The position numbers were made by a program, and so were the translations under genes. Positions 30,705-39,916 of a stretch of DNA of 64,000 nucleotides are shown here, one piece after another. Source of the DNA: an uncultured delta proteobacterium (GTDB lineage: Bacteria; Desulfobacterota; Binatia; Binatales; Binataceae); NCBI GenBank assembly GCA_963808235.1, contig CAWEEQ010000004.1, positions 3,616,001 to 3,680,000 on the forward strand. Direction: 5' to 3'. The notes beneath the pieces are model-generated. The model did no database searches and was not told the origin of the DNA. It saw only the letters and a program-made list of their open reading frames with translations. Numbering within the stretch: the stretch's first letter is position 1; each line of letters starts with the position of its first letter.

Positions 30705-31262
30705 CTAGGGTGAATGGCCTGCCGGTTTCGTGATCGTCGAGACCACGTGTTCTCTGGTGCTCCGGTAGTTCAGGTACGATAGATACTGCATGGCCGCGAA
30801 ACCGATTACGGAAGCCAGGATGACGAACTCGGAAGCGGTGCGGAGCGAAAATGCTGACCTCTTGCGTGGTGGTGGTGGCGGGCGATCCTCTCGATAACTC
30901 ACCGCAAGTGCTGTCTGTCGGAACACAAATTTAGCGCCGCCAAAACGAATCTCCTGTCCATCGGCGAGCGAAGCTGGTTTGTCGGTGATGCGAGCATTTC
31001 CCACAAAAGTACCGTTGCTCGAATTTGTGTCGACCAATTCCCATCGACGCCTGCGACGTTTCAAGATCGCATGCTGTCGGGAAACGGTGGGATCCCGCAC
31101 AACGAGATCATTAGAATCGCCGCTGCCAATCGATGACTGGGGTTTCAGCAGAGTGAACTCGCGCGACCGCGCATCGACGGGATTAATCGCCAACAAGCGA
31201 CCGACCGTATGCTTTCGGAGTCGTAACACCGTTGCCCCCGCCCGACTGCCTGGGTTGCGCAC
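30705..31262 (-). CDS. FHA domain protein with C-terminal TM
   Basis: IGSGDSNDLVVRDPTVSRQHA, NSSNGTFVG; start uncertain. Confidence 0.82.
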   Translation of the reverse strand: MRNPGSRAGATVLRLRKHTVGRLLAINPVDARSREFTLLKPQSSIGSGDSNDLVVRDPTVSRQHAILKRRRRRWELVDTNSSNGTFVGNARITDKPASLADGQEIRFGGAKFVFRQTALAVSYREDRPPPPPRKRSAFSLRTASEFVILASVIGFAAMQYLSYLNYRSTREHVVSTITKPAGHSP

Positions 31263-31401
31263 CAGGAGTCGCTCGCGATCACTACCAGTTACCGACGCGG
31301 AGAAAAAGACCTCGCACTAGGTCTGTGCAACTATCGCTAGACTGTCCGGATCGCGAAGCGGGTGATCTGCTACTCTCGTCGCAAGCGCGCGCATCCAAAC
31401 G

Positions 31402-31572
31402 GCGCCACAGCGCGCCGCGGTGGTGCTCTCCCTCATCGCTGGCGTGCAGGTGATGCGGCAAATATTTGGCCTGGCGGCCTTGGCCGAGGCCGAGCCCACG
31501 ACGCTGGTGAAAATCCTCGAGCCGGTGTTTCAGCAGCTCGTCAAAGGCGAGCGCCCACGCGGCTGGTTCTGA
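31402..31572 (+). pseudogene. C-terminal remnant of a TetR-family regulator
   Basis: Reads APQRAAVVLSLIAGVQVMRQIFGLAALAEAEPTTLVKILEPVFQQLVKGERPRGWF*; no HTH part seen upstream. Confidence 0.55.
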
Positions 31573-31578
31573 GACGCC

Positions 31579-32760
31579 TTAAGTACGTTTGGGTTGGTAC
31601 GTGATCTTGAGCGACGCGCGCTCGCGATTCTCTTCGAGTGCTAACTCGATCAACCGATCGATAAGCTGCGGCAGCTTGAGCCCCGACGCCTCCCAGAGCT
31701 TCGGATACATGCTGATCGCGGTGAAGCCGGGAATCGTGTTCACTTCGTTCACGTAAGTTTCTTTGAGATCGCGACTCGCGAGAAAATCGACCCGCGCCAT
31801 CCCTCGCAGCGACAACGCCTTGAACGCCGCCACCGCCATCGCGCGCAATTTCTTCGCTTTGGCGGCGGGCAGCTCGGCGGGAATTTTTGTCTTCGAGCCG
31901 CCGGGATCCACATATTTCGACTCGTAGCTGTAAAACTCATGCCCGCCGGTAACCACGACTTCGCCCAGCACCGACGCCTCCGGACGATCGTTGCCGAGCA
32001 CCGCGCATTCGAACTCTCGGCCCTCGCATGACGCTTCGACCAGCGCCTTGCGATCGTATTGAAAAGCGTCATCTAGTGCGGCGTTCAGATCGGCACGACG
32101 CTTCACCTTGCTGATTCCAATCGACGAGCCGAGCGCGTTTGGTTTCACGAAAACCGGATAGCCCAGTTTGCTCGCGAGCCGCGAAGCGTGTGTAGGTGAC
32201 TCACGATAGTCGGCTCGATCGATCGAGAAATAGCGTACCACCGCGACGCCCGCATCGCGCAGCAGCCGTTTCTGCGCGTCCTTGTCCATCCCGAGCGCCG
32301 AGCCGAGCACGCCCGCTCCCACGTAAGCGAGTCCGGCCAGCTCGAGCAGTCCCTGCACCGTGCCGTCCTCGCCGTAGGTGCCGTGCAAAACCGGAAAGAC
32401 CACGTCGAGCGCGCCGCGAATCGCATTGCGATCAAGATTGTCGTCCCGCATCGCGACGTCACGCGCGCCGTCGGCAGAGTGCGTCGATACCAACGATTGA
32501 CTGTCCGGATGCGGCAGCAGAGTGACTTGCGTGCCGCTCGAGGTGAGCGCCGCAAGATGAGGTGTCTTCTCAGCCAGCACCTTGAGCGCGTCGTGCTCGA
32601 GATACCAGCGGCCGTCGCGCCCGATCCCGATAGGAACGATCTCGTACCGGCTCGGATCCATCGCCGACATCACGGTCAGCGCCGAGCGGAGCGAAATTTC
32701 ATGCTCGCCGGAGCGTCCTCCGAAAAGGACGCCGACTCTGATTCGTTTTCCCTGGGCCAT
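31579..32760 (-). CDS. ddl: D-alanine--D-alanine ligase
   Basis: [43 protein letters not shown]. Confidence 0.97.
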   Translation of the reverse strand: MAQGKRIRVGVLFGGRSGEHEISLRSALTVMSAMDPSRYEIVPIGIGRDGRWYLEHDALKVLAEKTPHLAALTSSGTQVTLLPHPDSQSLVSTHSADGARDVAMRDDNLDRNAIRGALDVVFPVLHGTYGEDGTVQGLLELAGLAYVGAGVLGSALGMDKDAQKRLLRDAGVAVVRYFSIDRADYRESPTHASRLASKLGYPVFVKPNALGSSIGISKVKRRADLNAALDDAFQYDRKALVEASCEGREFECAVLGNDRPEASVLGEVVVTGGHEFYSYESKYVDPGGSKTKIPAELPAAKAKKLRAMAVAAFKALSLRGMARVDFLASRDLKETYVNEVNTIPGFTAISMYPKLWEASGLKLPQLIDRLIELALEENRERASLKITYQPKRT

Positions 32761-32912
32761 CTTCGATCGCCGCGCAGCGCATCACGCGCGACAGCGAAGA
32801 TTCTGACACGGCGCACCCGCCCGTTCGAGCACTGCTTGCGATATCGCCTCTCCCCCCACTCCGCGGCGACAAACGGAGCCGCTCAGGCCATTGGGTGCAG
32901 GGGTCACCCCTG

Positions 32913-34364
32913 CTACTGCCGATAGTTGGGCGCTTCCTTGGTGATGAAAACGTCGTGCACGTGGCTCTCACGCATGCCTGCGTCGCTGACTTTGACAAAG
33001 CGGGCGCGCCGGCGAAGCTCGGCGAGATTCGACGCGCCGATATAGCCCATCCCGGATTGCAGACCGCCGACCAGTTGCTCGATGTTCGAGGCGAGTGAGC
33101 CGCGATGCGGTACGCGCCCTTCGATTCCCTCCGGCACATGCTTGCCCTCGGTGGCAATCTGCCCGTAACGATCGCTGGTGCGCTCGTTCATCGCTCCGAT
33201 CGAACCCATCCCGCGGTACAGCTTGTAGGTGCGCCCCTGGTAGAGAATCGTCTCGCCGGGACTCTCCTCGGTGCCTGCGAACAGCGAGCCGATCATTACG
33301 CTGGTCGCTCCCGCCGCGAGCGCCTTGGTGATGTCGCCCGAGAAGCGGATTCCTCCGTCTGCGATCACCGGAATATTGCGCGGCTCCGCGACCGCGATCG
33401 TATCGAGTATCGCGGTGATCTGCGGCACTCCGACTCCGGAGACGACTCGGGTCGTGCATATAGAGCCGGGGCCCATGCCGACTCTGAGCGCGTCGGCGCC
33501 GGCGTCGCACAGTGCTTTCGCGCCTTCGCTGGTCGCGACGTTTCCCGCGATCACTTCGAGTTCTGGAAATTCGCTCTTGGTCGATTTGATCGCATCGATC
33601 ACGTTGCGCGTATGCCCATGCGCGGTGTCGATGCAAATCACGTCGACTCCCGCGCGCTTGAGCGCCGCAACCCGTGCCTCGCGCTCCGGTCCGACTCCGA
33701 CCGCCGCGCCGACTCTGAGCCGCCCCATCCGATCCTTGCTCGCGTGCGGATTCCGAATCGCCTTGTCCATATCCTTGACCGTAATAAGCCCGCGCAGCCG
33801 GTTCTGATCGTCGACCAGCGGCAGCTTTTCAATCCGATGCGCCTGCAGAAGCTCCTTGGCGTGTTCGAGGTCGATGCCCGGGCGCGCCGTGATCACCTTG
33901 CTGGTCATCACGTCGCGCACTTGCTTGTCGAGGCGGCGCTCGAAACGAAGGTCGCGATTGGTCAGGATTCCGACCAGGCGGCCCTCAGACACGACCGGCA
34001 GTCCGGAAATTCGGAACCGTTCCATCACCGCGACCGCCTCGCCGATTTTCTGCTCGGGACTCACGGTGATCGGATCGACAATCATTCCGGTTTCGTACTT
34101 CTTGACGGTCTCGACTTCGGCGGCCTGTTCTTCGATCGAGAGGTTGCGATGCACGAGTCCGATCCCGCCCATCTGCGCGATTGCGATCGCGACGCGCGAT
34201 TCGGTGACGGTATCCATCGGGCTCGAGACGAGCGGAATATGCAGGCGGATTTTGGGCGTGAGAACGGTCGCGACGTCGCAATTCGCCGGCAGCAGGTCGG
34301 ACGACTGCGGAATCAAGAGCACGTCATCGAAAGTCAATGCTTCGCGAAGCTCCTGATGCGCCAT
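32913..34364 (-). CDS. guaB: IMP dehydrogenase with CBS domains
   Basis: [35 protein letters not shown]; AAGGAGG RBS before ATG 34364. Confidence 0.97.
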   Translation of the reverse strand: MAHQELREALTFDDVLLIPQSSDLLPANCDVATVLTPKIRLHIPLVSSPMDTVTESRVAIAIAQMGGIGLVHRNLSIEEQAAEVETVKKYETGMIVDPITVSPEQKIGEAVAVMERFRISGLPVVSEGRLVGILTNRDLRFERRLDKQVRDVMTSKVITARPGIDLEHAKELLQAHRIEKLPLVDDQNRLRGLITVKDMDKAIRNPHASKDRMGRLRVGAAVGVGPEREARVAALKRAGVDVICIDTAHGHTRNVIDAIKSTKSEFPELEVIAGNVATSEGAKALCDAGADALRVGMGPGSICTTRVVSGVGVPQITAILDTIAVAEPRNIPVIADGGIRFSGDITKALAAGATSVMIGSLFAGTEESPGETILYQGRTYKLYRGMGSIGAMNERTSDRYGQIATEGKHVPEGIEGRVPHRGSLASNIEQLVGGLQSGMGYIGASNLAELRRRARFVKVSDAGMRESHVHDVFITKEAPNYRQ

Positions 34365-34384
34365 GATGTAAACCCTCCTTGGGT

Positions 34385-34416
34385 AAAAAAAGAGCCCGCG
34401 GATTTCCCGCGGGCTC
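34385..34416 (-). terminator. Intrinsic terminator inside the guaB leader
   Basis: GAGCCCGCGG-GAAAT-CCGCGGGCTC followed by T7, a few nt upstream of the guaB RBS. Confidence 0.85.
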
Positions 34417-34426
34417 AAGTCGGCCT

Positions 34427-34465
34427 TCAGTTTTTGTACGCAGTCCGTTTGATCAGATGCGCCAT
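34427..34465 (-). CDS. Putative leader peptide [12 protein letters not shown] (leaderless uORF)
   Basis: 13-codon ORF whose ATG lies 5 nt after the -10 hexamer and whose stop lies 10 nt before the terminator stem. Confidence 0.55.
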   Translation of the reverse strand: MAHLIKRTAYKN

Positions 34466-34470
34466 ATCGG

Positions 34471-34499
34471 AATCTAGCAAGCGCCGAGGTCGCAATCAA
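34471..34499 (-). promoter_or_regulatory. Sigma70 promoter for the guaB leader
   Basis: TTGATT-N17-TAGATT with extended TGn. Confidence 0.7.
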
Positions 34500-34791
34500 T
34501 ACGGGATGCGCCGCCTTGCCGAAAATTGCGATTTTTGAGCGGATTATGCGCCTTGCCGACACTTGCCACGCGTGCGGCAGAGCGCGGAAATTGATAGGTC
34601 GATTTTCCCGCGGACTGTAAAATCGGACCGAGAGGTTGCTCAGGGACAGACCGTTGCGGGGCGGAGTTTGCGCGGCGAAGAAATCAGCATTGTTCAACAC
34701 AGATATTATTCTATCGCGGCGGTCGGACAACGGTTGTCCGGATGGTACGAGTGCTTTTCCTCTGATTGACTGCCTGATAGCGTTCCACGCG

Positions 34792-36087
34792 ATGCCGCAA
34801 GTTCTCTGTGCGCGATGTAAGCGTGACTACCTTGACCAGTACGATTCCTGTCCGTGGTGCGGGCTGCGACGCGACAAGCCGCCCGCCGCCACTGCGCCGA
34901 TAGCACCATCCTCGGGACTATCGAAGACTGCCTCCGCGCCGACTGCCTCCGCACCGATTGCCGCTGCGCAGGTATCGAAGCCGGTTTCCGCGCCGACCGC
35001 TGCTGCGCAAGTATCGGCTCCGCAGGCGGCTTTGGGAGAAAGCTTAACGCTGGGTCGGGTTCTGATGACGGTCGCGGTTGGCTGGGGTCTTATTGGGATC
35101 GCCAACGTAGTTGAGGTGTACGTAAAGTCGAGTTCCGCTGCGATGCGATCGCTCGGATTTTTCTTCGGCGTCTTGTTCTTTCTCTTTCCGAGTCTCGCCT
35201 TCTTTGCGTGGGGCGCGAGCCGAAATTCGAGGATCAGAAGTTCAACTCCGTGGGTATCACAGGCAGGGACGCCCGCGCCGCTGGACGAAATGCCGGTCTG
35301 GCAACTCGGTTGGTACGCGATGAAGATGCCATTCGAGAAGATTGCGATCTTTCTCCGGATGGCGATTGTTCCGCTCGCCATCTCGATCGCGTTGTCGCTT
35401 CCGAGTGTCTTCCTTCACCGGTCGCCCGCAGCCGCGGTAGCGAACGTCGCGCAGCGGAGCGGCGTGGGATCGATCGTGCTCATCGTTATCGCGCTCGCGG
35501 TGAACCTGGTTATCCAAATCCCGTTCCAGGTGGGATGGCTGCGTTTCGTTGTTCTGGGTGATTCGAGCGCAAGAGGACGCGGGTATTTTCGATTCGACGA
35601 AACAGAGAAGCGTTATTTGGGATACGTGATGCTGCTCCTGGCCGCTTTTCTTCCGGCCGGATTGAGCCTGGTATGGTTCCACAGGTTTCCACAAGGGTCT
35701 GCCGGGTCCGCGGGGGCTGCGCTGGTCTTTCTTGGACTGCTCTGTTTGACCGCGATGACTTTGGCGCGGCTGGTCTTTGTGCTCCCGGAGGTCGCGACTG
35801 GCCGCTTCGAGAGTATTTTCGTCTCGTGGCAGCGGACCGGCAGCATCGGACTGCGCCTGTTATGCGTAGTCGCGACCGCGGCCCTGCCGTTGCTGATGGC
35901 AAGCGCAGTCCTGCTCGAGTTTGGGACGGCGAACGGATTCGTCACGCGAATCGGCGCCATGGCGGGAAGCGTTTTTCTGGACTATGCGGGCCGAGCGGCC
36001 TTTCTCGCAGCGGTGGCTATCGCATATCGAGATTGGGGAATCGAAGTGAACGGGGCGGACCGCGCAACCGCAGCTACGGTCGCCTGA
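34792..36087 (+). CDS. Multi-TM hypothetical protein with N-terminal zinc ribbon and Ala/Pro repeat linker
   Basis: CARC...CPWC, TASAP/AAAQVS repeats, about 8 hydrophobic segments. Confidence 0.65.
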   Translation: MPQVLCARCKRDYLDQYDSCPWCGLRRDKPPAATAPIAPSSGLSKTASAPTASAPIAAAQVSKPVSAPTAAAQVSAPQAALGESLTLGRVLMTVAVGWGLIGIANVVEVYVKSSSAAMRSLGFFFGVLFFLFPSLAFFAWGASRNSRIRSSTPWVSQAGTPAPLDEMPVWQLGWYAMKMPFEKIAIFLRMAIVPLAISIALSLPSVFLHRSPAAAVANVAQRSGVGSIVLIVIALAVNLVIQIPFQVGWLRFVVLGDSSARGRGYFRFDETEKRYLGYVMLLLAAFLPAGLSLVWFHRFPQGSAGSAGAALVFLGLLCLTAMTLARLVFVLPEVATGRFESIFVSWQRTGSIGLRLLCVVATAALPLLMASAVLLEFGTANGFVTRIGAMAGSVFLDYAGRAAFLAAVAIAYRDWGIEVNGADRATAATVA

Positions 36088-36136
36088 AACCGTTTTTTCG
36101 TTGTCCGTTGTCTCCTACAAACCGGAGTCCTTTTCG

Positions 36137-36763
36137 CTATTCGCCATTACATGATTCCGAGTGCGGGCCGGAGAAATCGACCGCCACTCTTTCGTCGTTC
36201 TCCAGTGACAAGTCCACGGTCCGGACGGCAGGATTGAACCGAACAAGAACATCGAAGGGGCTCGTCTGCCCGGCCAGTATGGTGTCGTAGTCGGGGTCAC
36301 CACCGCCTGATGAAACAAACTTTCCGTCGGCCGTTTTTAGAGTCACCAGGATCCGCAGCCCTTTGACTGATGCACTGGAAGCATTCTTCAGCTCGCCGCG
36401 GATATGCGCAAAGTTGCCGATGCTCTCGATCGTGCAATTCCAGGAACTGATTACAAAGTCTTTGCCGTTGCTGTTCGCGTTGGAAACTTCCTTGCCGGTG
36501 CTGCTCTCGCTCGGTGCTGAACTCTCCGCTTCAGGCTGAGGCGAGGTATTCGCCGACGATAGTTCGGTCGCATTTCGAGGCGCGAGTATCAGCAGGCACA
36601 CGAACAGAACTGCGAAGATCGATCCGATGTAGGTCGCGGCGCGCTGCCATGGCACCTTCATGTACTCGGGCATCACGCCTGGACGCGGACGGCCGCATTG
36701 AGGGCAGCATTCGGCGCCTTCCTCAAGTCGATGCGCACAGACTGGGCAGATTAGGTCCGCCAT
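36137..36763 (-). CDS. Zinc-ribbon - TM - Ig-like (FxLYD-like) protein
   Basis: CPVC..CPQC, TM, IRGELKN, LKTADGKFV, AGQTSPF. Confidence 0.7.
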   Translation of the reverse strand: MADLICPVCAHRLEEGAECCPQCGRPRPGVMPEYMKVPWQRAATYIGSIFAVLFVCLLILAPRNATELSSANTSPQPEAESSAPSESSTGKEVSNANSNGKDFVISSWNCTIESIGNFAHIRGELKNASSASVKGLRILVTLKTADGKFVSSGGGDPDYDTILAGQTSPFDVLVRFNPAVRTVDLSLENDERVAVDFSGPHSESCNGE

Positions 36764-36924
36764 CGTTTTAGAATCAGATCTCTCCTCGCGGAGCATGATA
36801 ACTGACGGTGCGCGATCGATCATCAGCTTGATAAACGATCTTGCGGTTAATCGTTATGGACCGAGGTCGAGAAGGGCGTAGATTTATTCCGCGTCAGGAT
36901 CAGCTCAAAGAAAGGGGAAACAGG

Positions 36925-37479
36925 TTGATCGAGTCTGAGAGTTTCCGCTCGCTGGTTAAACCGCAGGCCACCGTTCACCGGATTATCCGGCTGTTGTTCA
37001 TCGCCGCAGTCCCGATGTATGTCTGCATGGCTTACGTAGTGCTTGCGCAGAATACGCCCGGAGTCAGGGCTCCCTCATCGAACCCTCTTACAATTCCTTT
37101 CGTCATTCTTTCCGTGCTGGGCGCGGTGCTGGCCCCGTATATGCCCCGCGTATTGTTGCCGGATTCGCGGCTCCGGCAATTGCTCAACAGGCCGCCTGAT
37201 CAGCAAGTCACGTCCGGCATCTCGCCCGACGAACAACGCATGCTCGCGCTGCTTCCGAACTTCTTTGCCGTCTTTCTCGTGCGTCTGGCGTTTAATGAAT
37301 CGATCGCGCTGTACGGCTTTATGCTGGCTCTCTTTTCCAAGTCCTTCGTCGAAATTCTGCCATTTGCAATCGTTTCGGTTGCGCTCAACTTGATGGTGCC
37401 TTTGCCGTTGGATTCAATGCGGCAGCGGACTGCGGGTCTTGGCCTTCAAGAGGTCGGCATGCCGACACAGCCGCGATGA
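36925..37479 (+). CDS. Hypothetical 4-TM membrane protein
   Basis: Hydrophobic helices, LAFNESIALYG; TTG start after AGGGG. Confidence 0.65.
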   Translation: MIESESFRSLVKPQATVHRIIRLLFIAAVPMYVCMAYVVLAQNTPGVRAPSSNPLTIPFVILSVLGAVLAPYMPRVLLPDSRLRQLLNRPPDQQVTSGISPDEQRMLALLPNFFAVFLVRLAFNESIALYGFMLALFSKSFVEILPFAIVSVALNLMVPLPLDSMRQRTAGLGLQEVGMPTQPR

Positions 37480-37499
37480 GCCATCTCCTCCTGCCGCGC

Positions 37500-37696
37500 G
37501 TTTACCTGCCGGACCAGTGGGCAAAAGCGATTTGATGATCATCGAGCACAAAAGCCGCGATTTGGAGCTGCTGCTGTTTTATCGAGACAGTCCCAAGCAA
37601 TATGCGGATTCGGGATTTCGCTATGTCGGTAAAGTCGATTACTTGGATCACAAGGCGGGGCATCCCACCAGTTTCACTCTGCGACTGAAGGGGTAG
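37500..37696 (+). pseudogene. Fragment resembling a DUF3427/SRA-like DNA-recognition domain of restriction enzymes
   Basis: DLMIIEH...LELLLFYR....GFRYVGKVDY...PTSFTLR; no credible start. Confidence 0.4.
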
Positions 37697-37750
37697 TTTT
37701 CACCGGACCTGACTCGCTGCTCACTTCGCTCTGCGTGGAAATCAGTTCGA

Positions 37751-38566
37751 ATGACACTATTTGAATCGCCTTCACAATTTCGGGAGAAGGCTGCCATCTT
37801 TAGAATTTTTGAGATGTTGCCGCTTCAAGCTCCACTGGCTGAAGGGCACATCTTCCGTTGGTTTGCGCTAAATATTCCGATGGATTTGGGTACCGGTGGG
37901 AGCTTCACAAGCGATATCGACGTAATCGCCTGCTTGCGTCCTCTTCCGAAGTCCGTTCGCGCACGTTCCCCGTACTCTCCTCACTCCGATGGAAACATTT
38001 ACAAGACGTGGGAAGTAAAAGTGAGCCTCTTGTGCAAGGACGGAACGGCACGTTCGCTGAAATCCGGGAAGACCGCAGGCACGATCAAGCAGCTACGAGC
38101 ATATAGAAAGTTTGGGGCCTCTGATGTTTCTCTTTTCGACGTGTACATTTGTGAGGCGGGTTTTATGGATCGTAATTCTTTTCCCCCGAATCCGGTCCGA
38201 CGGGCAATCTTTGCGAAGGTTCCGGATCTAAAAAATAATGGCTTTGGTTATCAGATTCTTCCGTTCGAACACGATAAGGATGGAGATGTAAACGTCGGTC
38301 TAAAGATGTTTCGCATTCCAACTTGGTACGGTTCGCCATCCAGCAATTTTAAGCTCCTTCCCGCGATCCAGACCGCACCGGTCGATGGTTTCGCCCGATT
38401 GATTGAGCGCCTGAATGAATGCTACGAGCGTGCGGTAAAGCGGATGACGAAGGGCCAGGGGTTCGTCTGTGTCGTCTTCTGCCGTTCTTGCCGTCAACTG
38501 AGTCTGCAGCCAATGAGAGATGCAAGCTTGTGCGGGATGTGCGGCGAGGATCTCCGACTCCAGTGA
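37751..38566 (+). CDS. Putative PD-(D/E)xK nuclease with C-terminal zinc ribbon
   Basis: SDIDV...WEVK...KQLRAY; CRSC/CGMC; visibly lower GC than neighbours. Confidence 0.6.
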   Translation: MTLFESPSQFREKAAIFRIFEMLPLQAPLAEGHIFRWFALNIPMDLGTGGSFTSDIDVIACLRPLPKSVRARSPYSPHSDGNIYKTWEVKVSLLCKDGTARSLKSGKTAGTIKQLRAYRKFGASDVSLFDVYICEAGFMDRNSFPPNPVRRAIFAKVPDLKNNGFGYQILPFEHDKDGDVNVGLKMFRIPTWYGSPSSNFKLLPAIQTAPVDGFARLIERLNECYERAVKRMTKGQGFVCVVFCRSCRQLSLQPMRDASLCGMCGEDLRLQ

Positions 38567-38691
38567 ACCTGCAGCCAAGTGCCAGGTCTTGCGCAGCGTC
38601 TGCCATGGAGGGTGCAACACGCGTGCAGCGAAAACTCTTAGCGGCCTAGCCTCGGTGTCTACGGAATCGGAGCAAGCTCTGCCCGTTATCA

Positions 38692-38729
38692 GGAGAGGCT
38701 GACGCGAGTCTTAGAGCGGCGGGTGAGGG
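38692..38729 (-). repeat. REP-like dispersed repeat, inverted copy
   Basis: Reverse complement ccctcacccgccgctctaagactcgcgtcagcctctcc matches the 40815 copy. Confidence 0.75.
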
Positions 38730-38964
38730 ATCGCGTTCCACATAGGGTTCTTGGGCAGCGGATCGGAATGTGCGGGGCATCAGACAATCGCGCCGCAAAG
38801 GTCCCCCACCCTAACCCTCCCCCGGCAAACGTGGGAGGGAAACAATCATACGACATCTTAGCTTGGGGGAAACAGAATCACGCGCTCGGGCGAGGGAAGC
38901 AGAGTCGCGCGACATCTTAATTCGGGCGAGGTCAAAACAGATCAAATTGGGCGAGGTAGCTAGT

Positions 38965-39750
38965 TCACTTGCCGGACCAGGTGGGTTTGCGTTTTTGGAG
39001 GAAGGCGGAGATGCCTTCCTGGGCGTCTCTTGTTGTTGCGTTCTGGCTCATCACTTCTTTGGTGTATTCGTAGGCCTGCTCTTGCTCGAGTTCGATTTGC
39101 TTGTAGAAGGCTTGTTTGCCGATTCCTATTATCAGCGGGCTTGCTTCTACTATTTGCATCGCCAGGGCGTGAGTCTCGGCGACCAGGTCGGCATCGGCAA
39201 CGACGCGGTTTACCAGGCCCCATTCGGATGCCAGTTGCGCGTTGATTGGGCGGCCGGTCAGGAGCATTTCCATCGCGTGTTTGCGGCCGACGGCGCGGGT
39301 CAGCGCGACCATCGGGGTTGAGCAGAAGAGGCCGATGCGGACGCCGGGGGTGGCGAAGGTGGCGCTCTCGGACGCGACTACGAGATCGCAGGTGGCGGCG
39401 AGTTGGCATCCGGCGGCGGTTGCGATCGCATGCACGCGGGCGATCACCGGTTGCGGGATTTGCTGGATCGTGAGCATCAGCTGGGCGCATAGATCGAATT
39501 CGTAACGGTAGAACTTGAGGTCGCGGCCGGACAGCTCGCTGAGATCGTGGCCGGCTGAAAATGCGGGACCGTTACCGGCGATGATCACGGCGCGCGCGTC
39601 GGCGCGTTTTCCGGTTTCGGTGAGGGCGGCGACCAGTTCCGCCATCATGTCGGTTGAGAGGGCGTTGCGTTTCTCGGGGCGGTTCATCGTGAGAGTGACG
39701 AGGCCGGCGTTTTCTTCGACGATTAGATTTTTGTGATTTTCGGTTGGCAT
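38965..39750 (-). CDS. Enoyl-CoA hydratase (ECHDC3-like)
   Basis: NRPEKRNAL, FSAGHDL, ATAAGCQLAATCD, TPGVRIGLFCSTP. Confidence 0.92.
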   Translation of the reverse strand: MPTENHKNLIVEENAGLVTLTMNRPEKRNALSTDMMAELVAALTETGKRADARAVIIAGNGPAFSAGHDLSELSGRDLKFYRYEFDLCAQLMLTIQQIPQPVIARVHAIATAAGCQLAATCDLVVASESATFATPGVRIGLFCSTPMVALTRAVGRKHAMEMLLTGRPINAQLASEWGLVNRVVADADLVAETHALAMQIVEASPLIIGIGKQAFYKQIELEQEQAYEYTKEVMSQNATTRDAQEGISAFLQKRKPTWSGK

Positions 39751-39861
39751 GGTGTTCACCTGTGCGGAGCGACAAAAGTTTTCGCGGGACCGCATATTCG
39801 GAGCAGCTCGGCTGCGCAGGCCCCAAGCGAAGTAGTGGTGCCGTGCGCCGAGAAAAATCCG

Positions 39862-39888
39862 GGATTCTTCGCTTCGCTCAGAATGACA
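39862..39888 (-). repeat. GTCATTCTGAGCGAAGCGAAGAATC-type REP/MITE-like repeat
   Basis: Plus strand gattcttcgcttcgctcagaatgaca; a degenerate relative lies near 29366-29405. Confidence 0.6.
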
Positions 39889-39916
39889 CAAAAAGGAGCG
39901 CGCGCGTCAGAGGCTC

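Noticed and set aside
34420-34500. Purine or ykkC riboswitch ahead of guaB (GATATGG, GCTAGATTCCG)
   Set aside because: The required stems are absent, and the matching bases coincide with the -10 box and the uORF start
33105-34538. Long antisense ORFs (also 26512-27852, 54083-55378, 60006-61298 and others)
   Set aside because: Shadow frames of real genes in high-GC DNA with no protein motifs
34365-34730. N-terminal extension of GuaB in the ORF track
   Set aside because: The true start at 34364 has a strong RBS; the extension runs through a terminator and promoter
38830-38960. CRISPR array
   Set aside because: Repeats are degenerate, with no regular spacers and no cas genes
39751-39891. N-terminal extension MCHSERSEESR of the enoyl-CoA hydratase
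   Set aside because: It is a translation of a REP/MITE-like repeat
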